Part shown: positions 47,954 through 56,559 of the stretch, piece by piece
How the letters are laid out: every line of letters starts with the position of its first letter
Position numbering within the stretch: position 1 is the first letter of the stretch
Source of the DNA: Acidimicrobiales bacterium
Lineage (GTDB): Bacteria; Actinomycetota; Acidimicrobiia; Acidimicrobiales; RAAP-2
NCBI GenBank assembly: GCA_017883075.1
Contig: JADGOI010000001.1
Coordinates: forward strand, 1 to 63,087
DNA length: 63,087 nt
Direction of reading: 5' to 3'
Made by a program: the position numbers and the translations under genes
The notes under the pieces: generated by a model
What the model saw: the letters and a program-made list of their open reading frames with translations, nothing else
The model's database searches: none
What the model was told of the DNA's origin: nothing

Positions 47954-48997
47954 ATTCCGACCGCAGCTCTGCTCTCATTCCGCCTCGGAGGATCCGATGG
48001 GGTGGCCATCGAAGCGGCCAAATGGGGGGACGCACTCAAGTCGCTGGGGTTCTCCATCGTCACAGTGGCCGGAGAAGGGCCGGTCGACCACTGTCTCCCG
48101 GGCTTGGCCATCGGTGCCGGCGAACCTCCCACCTTCGACGAGGTGGAATCTGCCCTCCGTAGTGCCGACGTGGTGGTAGTGGAAAACCTGTGCTCGTTGC
48201 CCCTCAATCCCGCCGCTGCCGACGTGGTGGCCAGGGTGCTGGCCAACCGGCCGGCGGTGATGCATCATCACGACCTTCCCTGGCAGCGACCACAGTTCGC
48301 TGGTCACGGTCCGCCGCCCGATGATCGGCGGTGGACCCACATCACCATCAACGAGCTAAGCCGGAACGAACTGACCGATCGGGGCATCGCAGCGACCACC
48401 ATCTACAACTCGTTTGGCCCGGGCCCGCTCGACGACGGACGCGACGGGGGACGACGCCGGAAGGTGCGGAGATCACTCGGAATCGGCGATCACGACCGGT
48501 TGGTACTACAGCCGACCCGGGCGTTGCCCAGAAAGAACATCGGGGGCGGGCTGGCGGTGGCCGAGACGCTGGGAGCGACCTACTGGTTGCTCGGGCCCCC
48601 CGAAGATGGGTACGGACCAGAGCTCGAGCGGTTGTTGGCCGCGGCGTCGTGCCCGGTCATCGTCGGGTGGCCCGGGAACGTCCCCGACGGAGGTATCAAT
48701 GCCGCCTACGCCGCATGTGACGTGGTGGCACTCCCGTCCACCTGGGAGGGTTTCGGGAACCCGTCGGTCGAATCAGCCATCCATCGGCGCCCCCTGGCCA
48801 TCGGGACCTACCCGGTCGCTACCGAACTGGCGGCATTCGGATTCCACTGGTTCACCCTCGATTCCATCCCCGACCTCGGGGTCTGGCTCGACTCCCCCGA
48901 TGATGGGCTCCTCGACCACAACCAAGGGGTGGCGGCCGACCACTTCTCCCTTGCCGACCTGCCCGATCGGATCAGCCGGGCGTTACCCGACCGGTAA
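47954..48997 (+). CDS. GT4 family glycosyltransferase (start codon unresolved)
   Basis: C-terminal about 350 aa of ORF 46943..48997: ...ALLSFRLGGSDGVAIEAAKW... (first beta-strand and Gly loop) and ...PSTWEGFGNPSVESA... (E-x7-E region). The upstream 330 codons of the track ORF are antisense to gmd and the crotonase gene. No in-frame ATG, GTG or TTG exists between 47800 and 48001. Candidate starts are ATT at 47954, CTG at 47969 and GTG at 48002. Confidence 0.7.
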   Translation: MPTAALLSFRLGGSDGVAIEAAKWGDALKSLGFSIVTVAGEGPVDHCLPGLAIGAGEPPTFDEVESALRSADVVVVENLCSLPLNPAAADVVARVLANRPAVMHHHDLPWQRPQFAGHGPPPDDRRWTHITINELSRNELTDRGIAATTIYNSFGPGPLDDGRDGGRRRKVRRSLGIGDHDRLVLQPTRALPRKNIGGGLAVAETLGATYWLLGPPEDGYGPELERLLAAASCPVIVGWPGNVPDGGINAAYAACDVVALPSTWEGFGNPSVESAIHRRPLAIGTYPVATELAAFGFHWFTLDSIPDLGVWLDSPDDGLLDHNQGVAADHFSLADLPDRISRALPDR

Positions 48998-49011
48998 CCC
49001 GTTGGTCCGAA

Positions 49012-49032
49012 CACCGTGCACCGTGCACCGTG
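49012..49032. repeat. Perfect tandem heptamer CACCGTG x3 (containing two GTGCAC palindromes) upstream of the tetR-like gene
   Basis: Read directly at 49012-49032, 54 nt upstream of the TetR start. A candidate operator. Confidence 0.5.
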
Positions 49033-49085
49033 CTCGCCTCGATGGGTTCCGGGGGTTTGGAGAGCCAAATCCGGCCCCGACTACG

Positions 49086-49799
49086 ATGGCCGCAATGACC
49101 GGAGCAACGACTACCGACCGGGACAAACCCGGGAGCGACGAGCCAGATCGTCCGGTACCGACGAACCGGCGCCTCACTGCGGAGGAGCGCCGGAGCCAAC
49201 TCTTCGACGTTGCGCTCTCCCTCTTTGCCGAACGCGGGTATGCCGCCGCCACGATGGACGACATCGCCGAAGCCGCCGGGGTGACCAAACCCCTCGTCTA
49301 TCAGCACTTCAACTCCAAGCGGGCGCTCTACCTCGAGTTGATGGACGTGTTCTCCCATGCACTTGCGAATCGGATCGGCGCGGCTACTGCCGGCGCCGAA
49401 GGCCCCCGCCAGCAGGTCGAAGTGGGGATGGCCGCCTATTTCGAGATGATGGTCGACAACGAACAGGCCTTCCGGCTCATCTATGGACGCGATGCACCTG
49501 ACGATCCCGAACTCGGCGAATCGCTCCGACGGGTGGAAGACACCATTGCCCAGGTCATCGACCCGTTGATCGATGCCGGGCTAGATCCGGAGCATCGACT
49601 GCTGCTCGCCTATTCGGTGGTGGGAATGGTGGAGGGCGCCAGCCGTCGCTGGCTCGACGGGCAGACAGACCGTGCCGCCGCCTCCGAAGACGGGGGAGGT
49701 GCAGGCCGCCGGGCCCGTAGCACCGAAGAGGCCTCGCTTCTGGCCACTCGGGTGGCCGATCTGGCCTGGGCCGGACTTCGGCAGGTCCATCGGGTTTGA
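49086..49799 (+). CDS. TetR/AcrR family transcriptional regulator
   Basis: ...RRSQLFDVALSLFAERGYAAATMDDIAEAAGVTKPLVYQHFNSKRALY.... Start ATG at 49086; the track ORF from 48414 is over-extended. Confidence 0.88.
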   Translation: MAAMTGATTTDRDKPGSDEPDRPVPTNRRLTAEERRSQLFDVALSLFAERGYAAATMDDIAEAAGVTKPLVYQHFNSKRALYLELMDVFSHALANRIGAATAGAEGPRQQVEVGMAAYFEMMVDNEQAFRLIYGRDAPDDPELGESLRRVEDTIAQVIDPLIDAGLDPEHRLLLAYSVVGMVEGASRRWLDGQTDRAAASEDGGGAGRRARSTEEASLLATRVADLAWAGLRQVHRV

Positions 49800-49843
49800 T
49801 CCTGATCACCTCGACCACCCGCGTCGCCCCACCAGACCTCCTC

Positions 49844-50197
49844 TCACGAAGTCCCATCAGTCTTGTTTGACGGCTTCCTCCACCATGGGCAGATGGGTGG
49901 TCTGCGAAACGCCCCAACCTCATCGGCGGTGATGGCAAAGGCCCGGACCCTTACCCCGGCGTCATGGGTGAATGCGCTCACACCGGGCTTTGGTCCCAGT
50001 ATGCGAAGGGAGATGGTCTGACCGTTGATGGCACCCCATAGCTGATAGGTCCGGTTCGAACCGAGGGGAGCGAGATCCGACGCGAACACATCGCTGGTGC
50101 CGGGCTGCCCGATCATCAAAGTAACCGTCGTCCCTTTCGGGAGGGTCCGAGACCCGGCAGCGAGGATTGAGTCGGGCGTTGACCCGGTCTGACGGAC
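49844..50197 (-). pseudogene. Remnant of an anti-sigma-K factor RskA-type C-terminal domain
   Basis: The translation ...TVTLMIGQPGTSDVFASDLAPLGSNRTYQLWGAINGQTISLRILGPKPGVSAFTHDAGVRVRAFAITADE... resembles the extracytoplasmic RskA domain (YQLW...AG...TVEP). There is no anti-sigma N-domain, TM segment or plausible start upstream. Confidence 0.35.
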
Positions 50198-50371
50198 CCC
50201 AATGAATGGTCCACCGCCTCGGCCGTCCGTAGGTTGCTTGCCACCTTGAGTTCGTGGCCGACCGGACGGGCTCGGCCCGGACTTCGTGAGGCGCCGGCTG
50301 TGGTTCACCCCGTCTGCGTAGCCGTGGACGGCCCCATCCGCTACACGACTCGGGCAGTACTGTTGGGCACC

Positions 50372-51916
50372 ATGACCACCGGCAGGATCATCATGGGGCT
50401 CCTGTTCTTCCCCCGCGGCGGCTCGGCCCAGGTGACCCGCTACCTCGCTACGGCCCTGGACGACGCGGGGTGGTCGGTGTCGCTGGTGACCGGTTCCCTC
50501 GGGGAACCGGGCCAGGGCACCCACGCTCCCACGTTTTTCGCAGGCATCGACCTGCAGTACCTCGACTACACGGCAGCAGCAGCAGCGTTCGAGACCGGCG
50601 CCAGCGCGGTGGCGGAGCCCGTGCCGATGTCCCCCTCGTACGAGGATCGCAAAGGCGCTCCCGATCCGGTGTTGGCCGCCGTTGACCCAGCACTTGCCGA
50701 CCACCTCTCGTCGGCGTGGGAGGCACCCTTCGCCGCCGCGGGCGCCGAACGGGCCAGCCTGTTCCACCTCCATCACCTCACGTCCCAGCACGACGCCGTC
50801 GCCCGCCGCTGGCCCCACGTGCCCTTGGTGGCTCATCTGCACGGCACCGAGATCAAGTTCATGGAGGCCATCGAGGTGCGAGCCGCCGTCGCAGGTGCCC
50901 TCGACCTCACGCTGGCGGCTATGCCCGACGCGGTGGACCACGCCGCTATCGACACCGGTGCCCTCGACGGACAGCAGCTCGACCTGCTGCGCTCCACGCG
51001 CTGGTCACAGTGGCGCCACGGCGAGTTCTGGCTGGGCCGCCTCCGCCGCCGGGCCGCGGCCGCGGACCACCTGGTCGTCGTCTCGCCCTCCGACCGAGCC
51101 ACGACCATCTCGGTGCTGGGCGTCGCGCCGGAGCGGGTCACCGCCGTGCCCAACGGTGTCGACACCGACCGCTTTCGGCCCCGCCGCGTCAGTCCCGGGG
51201 AACGCCGGGACTGCTTCCGGCGCTGGCTCGTGGAGGATCCCCAGGGTTGGGACGAGTCGGGGGTGCCCGGCTCGGTGGGCTACCGAGAAACCGACCTCCA
51301 CCGGCTCCTCGGCTGGGATGGTGGCACCACCGTGTTCATGTTCGTCGGTCGCTTCACCGCCGCCAAACGGGTGCCGTTGCTCCTGCATGCTTTCGCCCGG
51401 GCCCGCACCCGCTCCCGGCGCCCGGCGTCGCTGCTGGTGTGGGGCGGCCACCCCGGCGAGTGGGAAGGCGAGCACCCGGTCACCGTCGCCCGCCGGATCG
51501 GCCTCGACGGCGTGTTCTTCGCCGGTTGGCGGGGCCACGACGACCTGCCCCAAGCTCTGGCCGCCTGCGACGCCGTGGTCATTCCCTCGGTCAACGACTC
51601 GTATCCCCAGGCGCCGCTCGAGGCCATGGCCGTGGGGCGGCCAGTGATCGCCACCCGAAGCGGCGGGTTCCCGTTGATGGTCAACCTCGACCCCGTCCGG
51701 CCCACCGGTTGGCTGGTGGCCCCCGACGACGTCGACGCGCTGGCCGACGCGCTGGTCGAGGCGGTCGACAATCCCGGCGAGCTGGCCCGACGGGGGTCAG
51801 CCGCTCACGTCCATGCTCAGACCAACCTGTCGTGGGCCGGTCGGGTCCCCGACTTTGAGCGCGCATACGCCTCAGCTCGCGAACGCCACCGCGACCGTCT
51901 CAAATCACGAACGTAG
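50372..51916 (+). CDS. GT4 family glycosyltransferase (514 aa)
   Basis: MTTGRIIMGLLFFPRGGSAQVTRYLA... and the C-terminal ...IPSVNDSYPQAPLEAMAVGRPVIATRSGG... (E-x7-E-like block). Start ATG at 50372. Confidence 0.82.
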   Translation: MTTGRIIMGLLFFPRGGSAQVTRYLATALDDAGWSVSLVTGSLGEPGQGTHAPTFFAGIDLQYLDYTAAAAAFETGASAVAEPVPMSPSYEDRKGAPDPVLAAVDPALADHLSSAWEAPFAAAGAERASLFHLHHLTSQHDAVARRWPHVPLVAHLHGTEIKFMEAIEVRAAVAGALDLTLAAMPDAVDHAAIDTGALDGQQLDLLRSTRWSQWRHGEFWLGRLRRRAAAADHLVVVSPSDRATTISVLGVAPERVTAVPNGVDTDRFRPRRVSPGERRDCFRRWLVEDPQGWDESGVPGSVGYRETDLHRLLGWDGGTTVFMFVGRFTAAKRVPLLLHAFARARTRSRRPASLLVWGGHPGEWEGEHPVTVARRIGLDGVFFAGWRGHDDLPQALAACDAVVIPSVNDSYPQAPLEAMAVGRPVIATRSGGFPLMVNLDPVRPTGWLVAPDDVDALADALVEAVDNPGELARRGSAAHVHAQTNLSWAGRVPDFERAYASARERHRDRLKSRT

Positions 51917-52284
51917 GTCGGCCATGACCCAGCACCGTCAAGCGGCGCACGCCCGCATGCTCGGCAACGCCCTGTGCGGCCATGCCGGACGAGGAGGTCA
52001 AGTTCCTCAGCACCTATCTGTCCGGCGGCGGTGAAGGCAAGGTGATGGCTGCCCGGATCGACTGCCGAGTCGATCGGCTTCCTGGGCTCGAATGCCTCGA
52101 CTTGATGCGCTGTGCGGTGTCACTTTGCCTGATCGGGGGCGAAGCGGAACGGGTCTCTCCCCGACAGGTGACCGGCCGTACGGATCCGGGGTGGACCTAA
52201 AGCCGACCAAGTAGGTAAACTACGTGGGTCCACCTCGCAAGTGTGCCCACACCGGCGTGGTCACACCGGTTCAAGGAGAGTCAG

Positions 52285-52803
52285 TTGCCCGCCATCCGAT
52301 CAGTAATGTCGTTCCCCAATCCGGTCAACGAGTATGCCGCCCGGACAGTTGCCGCTGGCGTGGTGGTCCTATGTATCCTGGCCATCGCCTTCCGTCAGCC
52401 CTGGCTACTCATCCCGCTGGCCTACGGGTTTTGGGCCCGGGTCCTCACCGGCCCGACACTCAGTCCGCTCGGTCAGTTCGCCACCCGAGTGATCGCGCCT
52501 CGTCTACCCGGTGAGCCCCGCCTGGTCGCCGGACCACCCAAGCGGTTCGCCCAGGCCGTCGGCGTCGCCTTCTCGTCGACCGCCCTCATTCTCTGGTTCG
52601 GGTTCGGACTGTCCACCGCCACCTGGATAGTGGTCGGTTCATTGGCGGTTGCCGCCTTCCTCGAGTCCGCCCTCGGTCTCTGCCTCGGGTGCAAGGCTTT
52701 CGGCATCCTGATGAAGCTCGGGGCAATCCCCGACGACATCTGCGAAGCTTGTGCCGACATATCTTTGCGTCACCCCGAACTGGCCCGGTCGACCCCGGGT
52801 TGA
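52285..52803 (+). CDS. DUF4395 domain-containing membrane protein
   Basis: ...NEYAARTVAAGVVVL...GFWARVLTGP...SPLG..., four TM segments and a C-terminal LGLCLGCK motif. TTG start at 52285 with AAGGAG 6 nt upstream; alternative ATG at 52306. Confidence 0.75.
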   Translation: MPAIRSVMSFPNPVNEYAARTVAAGVVVLCILAIAFRQPWLLIPLAYGFWARVLTGPTLSPLGQFATRVIAPRLPGEPRLVAGPPKRFAQAVGVAFSSTALILWFGFGLSTATWIVVGSLAVAAFLESALGLCLGCKAFGILMKLGAIPDDICEACADISLRHPELARSTPG

Positions 52804-52868
52804 TTGCGAACTGGCCGGTACACGACCACCGCCCGCCGAACGACCACCACCCGCCCAACGACCAGGGT

Positions 52869-53378
52869 TCAGCGCAACCGGGGAAGCAGTTCCACGCACA
52901 AACCAGCCAACTCGTGGGCGCAAGCCACATAGTTTTGGTCCTCGCCACCGGCCGGGTCTTCGACGTCTTCCCAGGACTCGATGACCACTTCGGCAAGGGC
53001 CAAACGGGACACCCGATCCCGCAGCGGCTCCGGACCGTCCTCCAGGTCGCGGCACAGACGAATGATCGACGCCGTCCTGGCGGCGGCCTCGGGATGGCGG
53101 CGGCGGATGTAGTTCACGTGCTCGCCGGCCATGGCGATGATCAGGTCGGCATTCTCCACATCCCCGTCGGTCAGCTGATGGCTCCGGTGACCGTCAGCGC
53201 TCATCTCCACCGACCCGAGAGCATCACGGGTTCGACGGCTCATGGGCTGGCCTTCGACCACGTGGGTGCCGGCCGTGACCATGTGGACAGGGGCTGACGT
53301 GAGCATGGCGCCGGCCATCACCGACCGGGCCGCATTGCCGGTGCACAGCGTCAGCACGTGCGGACGTTCATCTTCCAT
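52869..53378 (-). CDS. Low-molecular-weight phosphatase family protein (LMW-PTP / ArsC-like)
   Basis: P-loop VLTLCTGNAARS (CX5R-S) and a downstream DP motif region. Start ATG at 53378; alternative at 53408. Confidence 0.8.
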   Translation of the reverse strand: MEDERPHVLTLCTGNAARSVMAGAMLTSAPVHMVTAGTHVVEGQPMSRRTRDALGSVEMSADGHRSHQLTDGDVENADLIIAMAGEHVNYIRRRHPEAAARTASIIRLCRDLEDGPEPLRDRVSRLALAEVVIESWEDVEDPAGGEDQNYVACAHELAGLCVELLPRLR

Positions 53379-53710
53379 CGTCGTGCCGGGGTTCGTCCGG
53401 GTCTCCATCGGGTTCACGATACCGTTCGGCGGAGGCTCCAACGATCGATGAACGCCTTCGATCGTTGAATCACATTCCGGGTGGACCATTCGTGGGGCGC
53501 CCGTCAACGATCTTGCGACTGCGTTCATCAGCTCTCAGATTGGGCTGCCCTGACATTGCTGACTTCGCTGCACTGTTCAAAGCTTCGAACGCCCTCGAGT
53601 TTGACCCAAGAATCCCAAGAACTCGGTCCCTGTAACGGTTTCTGTGGCGCGAAACCCCTCACCTGCCTCGAAACGACTTCGGGGCGCTGGGTGATGGAAC
53701 TCCAGCTCCC

Positions 53711-54925
53711 CTACTTGATATGCACCCCGGAGATCGCCCGGGCGATGATCAGTCTTTGGATCTCGCTGGTCCCTTCGAAGATGGTGTAGATCTTCGAGTC
53801 ACGGTGCCAGCGCTCCACCGGGTGCTCGCGGATGTAGCCGTAGCCGCCCATGATCTGGATGGCCTCTTCGGTGACGTATACCGCCGTCTCGCCGGCGTAG
53901 AGCTTGGACATGGACCCTTCACCGGCGGTGAACTCCTTGCCGTTGCTGCCCATCCACGCGGCCCGCCACACCAACATCCTCGACGCGTCGATCCGCGTCT
54001 TCATATCCGCCAGTTTGAAGGCAATCGCCTGATTTTCGATGATGGCCCGACCGAATGCCTTGCGCTCCTTGGCGTACTCGAGCGAGTACTCGTAGGCAGC
54101 CCTGGCAATGCCGAGAGCCTGGGCTCCCACCGTCGGACGGGAGGACTCGAACGTCTTCATGGCCGCCTGGCTGGTTGATTTCTTCCCCTCACGGGCACGA
54201 GCCAACTTCTCGTCCAGCTTGTCCTTGCCCCCGAGGAGGCAGTGCCCAGGGACCCTCACATCATGGAGGATCACTTCGGCGGTGTGCGATGCACGGATGC
54301 CCATCTTCTGGAACTTCTGGCCCTGGGACAGCCCGGGTGTCTTCGGCGGGACGATGAAGCTGGCCTGACCCCTCGACCCGAGTTCGGGCACAACCGAGGC
54401 CACCACCACGTGAATGTCGGCGATCCCACCATTGGTGATCCACGTCTTGGTGCCGTTGATCACCCACTCGTCCTTGGCCTCGTCATAGACGGCCCGGGTG
54501 AGCAGCGACGACACGTCCGACCCGGCATCGGGCTCGGACACCGCGAATGCCGCCGTCTGAATCTTTTCGGGGGTGCCGAAACACTGGGGCCCCCACTCCA
54601 TCAGCTGCTCGGGCGTGCCGTTGGCGGCGATCCCGGCCAAGCCGAGGACGCTCCCGAAGATGGCCAGTCCGATGCCTGCGTCACCCCACGCCATCTCTTC
54701 ATTGGCGATAGGCAGCAACAGGCCCGATGGATCGAGGAAGCACTGGGTGATGAAATCGAACGAGTAGAGCCCTATCTTGGCCGCCTCTTCGATGATGGGC
54801 CACGGGGTCTCTTCCCGCTCATCCCATTCGTGGCCGGCCGGTCGAACCACCGTCTCGGCGAAGTCATGTACCCATTTTTGGATCTGAAGTTGGTCCTCAT
54901 TGAGTTCCATCGAGAAATCGGACAT
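53711..54925 (-). CDS. Acyl-CoA dehydrogenase
   Basis: ...AFAVSEPDAGSD..., ...WITNGG..., ...YTIFEGTSEIQRLIIAR.... Start ATG at 54925 (MSDFSMELNEDQ) with GGAGCAAAGG upstream. Confidence 0.9.
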   Translation of the reverse strand: MSDFSMELNEDQLQIQKWVHDFAETVVRPAGHEWDEREETPWPIIEEAAKIGLYSFDFITQCFLDPSGLLLPIANEEMAWGDAGIGLAIFGSVLGLAGIAANGTPEQLMEWGPQCFGTPEKIQTAAFAVSEPDAGSDVSSLLTRAVYDEAKDEWVINGTKTWITNGGIADIHVVVASVVPELGSRGQASFIVPPKTPGLSQGQKFQKMGIRASHTAEVILHDVRVPGHCLLGGKDKLDEKLARAREGKKSTSQAAMKTFESSRPTVGAQALGIARAAYEYSLEYAKERKAFGRAIIENQAIAFKLADMKTRIDASRMLVWRAAWMGSNGKEFTAGEGSMSKLYAGETAVYVTEEAIQIMGGYGYIREHPVERWHRDSKIYTIFEGTSEIQRLIIARAISGVHIK

Positions 54926-55044
54926 CTGCCTTTGCTCCGTTCCGGCCCCAGGGCCTGGCAACTCTATGAATCGAACTCGTCGATTTCGACGTACATGGAG
55001 ATTGTGAAGATGAGACACCGGGGGCCTTCCGGCCCAGCGCCCGG

Positions 55045-55086
55045 TGGCCACATCGTTGGTTACTCTATAGTAACCAACCGTGGCCA
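55045..55086. promoter_or_regulatory. 42-bp nested palindrome (candidate operator or terminator) between cysS and the acyl-CoA dehydrogenase gene
   Basis: TGGCCAC-atc-GTTGGTTACT-ctat-AGTAACCAAC-c-GTGGCCA. The inner 10-bp arms and outer 7-bp arms are perfect complements. It lies 60 nt downstream of the cysS stop and about 120 nt upstream of the ACAD start. Confidence 0.55.
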
Positions 55087-55146
55087 TTGCCGCCACCGTT
55101 CTGCATTGTCCCTGGTCAGTGTGCCTTTAGCTCACACCATTCCTCG

Positions 55147-56538
55147 CTACGGGCGGCGGATCCGGGTACCCTCGGGGCCATCCTCGACCACCCATCCGAG
55201 TGCCATCAACTCGTCGCGCAACTGGTCGGCCAGCGTCCAGTCCCGATGTTCGCGAGCCTCATCGCGCCGGCGGACCAGGTCGGCACCGACCGGGTCGGTC
55301 TCGGTACTCACCTCGCCGCGGAGTGGCAATCCCAACGCCGCTGCCAGCAATCCCACTGTGCCGGCGGCACGGCCGGCGGCGACTTCATCGCCATCATCGG
55401 CCGAGGCATTGGCTTGGCGGACCAGATCGAAGATGCCGGCCAGAGCGCCCGGGGTGTCGAGGTCGTCGTCCATCCGGTCCCGAAACCGGGACACCGCCTC
55501 GGCGTCGAACGAACCGGCGACGGCGCCGTCGACCACCGGTCCCGATGCCAACAAGTCCGGTAGTCCGAACCTCCTTGCCATCTCGTCGAGCCGCGCCAGG
55601 CCCGACTCGGCATCGGTCACCGTCTCCGGGGTGACCTCGATCGGCGATCGGTAATGCGACCGGAGTACCAGCAGCCGGTAGGCCCGGGCGTCGCTTCGTG
55701 TCAAGAGGTCGTCGAGGGAGGTGAAGTTCCCGAGCGACTTGGACATCTTCTCCCCGTCGACGGTGACCCAGCCATTGTGGACCCAGTGATGAGCGAAATC
55801 CCGGCCCAGCGCGACCGCTTGGGCCCGTTCGTTCTCGTGGTGAGGGAAGATCAGGTCGATGGCCCCGCCGTGCAGGTCGAACCCGTCACCCAGGAGGTCG
55901 AGGGACATCACCACGCACTCGGTGTGCCAACCGGGACGCCCCCTGCCCCAAGGCGATTCCCAGGTGGGCTCGCCGGGCTTGGCCTTCTTCCACAGTACGA
56001 AGTCGAGAGGCGAACGCTTGTCGGCGGCCGACTCCACCCGGGCACCGGCCCTCAGTGAGTCGAGTGGCTGGCGGGCCAGCAGCCCATATCCGGGGACGTC
56101 CAGCACCGACAGGTAGACGCCATCGGAGGCTTCGTAGGCGACCCCCCGATTCATCAACTCGGTGATCAGTGCGACCATCCGGTCGACATAGTCGGTGGCG
56201 TGGGGCGCCTCATCCGGCCGAAGCACACCGAGCGCATCCATGGCCTCCCACCAGACGGCTTCGAAGTGATCGGTGAGCTCGGTCGGCGTAATCCCCCGAC
56301 TCGCCGCCCGTTCGATGATCTTGTCCTCTATATCGGTGATATTCGACACGTAGGTCACGTCGAGCCCACTGAACAGCAGGTAACGGCGGAGCACATCGAA
56401 GACCAGGGAAAACCTTCCATGACCGAGGTGGGGAGCGTCGTACACGGTGGGCCCACACACGTACATCGATACCTGGCCGGGAGTCCGGTGGCGAAGTTCG
56501 GTCACCTCGCCGGTTGCTGTGTCGTGGAGGCGGAGCAC
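55147..56538 (-). CDS. cysS: Cysteine--tRNA ligase
   Basis: ...MYVCGPTVYDAPHLGHGR... (HIGH), ...GEKMSKSLGNF... (KMSKS) and the CysS-type C-terminal tail ...RDEAREHRDWTLADQLRDEL..GW.VEDGPEGT.... GTG start at 56538 (VLRLHDTATGE). Confidence 0.9.
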   Translation of the reverse strand: MLRLHDTATGEVTELRHRTPGQVSMYVCGPTVYDAPHLGHGRFSLVFDVLRRYLLFSGLDVTYVSNITDIEDKIIERAASRGITPTELTDHFEAVWWEAMDALGVLRPDEAPHATDYVDRMVALITELMNRGVAYEASDGVYLSVLDVPGYGLLARQPLDSLRAGARVESAADKRSPLDFVLWKKAKPGEPTWESPWGRGRPGWHTECVVMSLDLLGDGFDLHGGAIDLIFPHHENERAQAVALGRDFAHHWVHNGWVTVDGEKMSKSLGNFTSLDDLLTRSDARAYRLLVLRSHYRSPIEVTPETVTDAESGLARLDEMARRFGLPDLLASGPVVDGAVAGSFDAEAVSRFRDRMDDDLDTPGALAGIFDLVRQANASADDGDEVAAGRAAGTVGLLAAALGLPLRGEVSTETDPVGADLVRRRDEAREHRDWTLADQLRDELMALGWVVEDGPEGTRIRRP

Positions 56539-56559
56539 GCAGGGTACGGTAACCCGATC

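Noticed and set aside
51985-52025. CCGGACGAGG... resembles the 5' end of the guanidine-III (ykkC-III) riboswitch consensus.
   Set aside because: Only the first 10 nt match. The conserved ACCCGGUCAGGACAAGA part is missing. The element lies about 260 nt from the next gene, and that gene is DUF4395, not an SMR/SugE-type exporter.
55147-56538. Considered calling this class I ligase-like gene mshC (the mycothiol ligase paralogue of CysS).
   Set aside because: The protein is 463 aa and retains the CysS-type anticodon-binding region and the C-terminal ...RDWTLADQLRDEL..GW.VEDGPEGT... tail, which I would not expect in the shorter MshC. I therefore call it cysS. Phylogeny would confirm.
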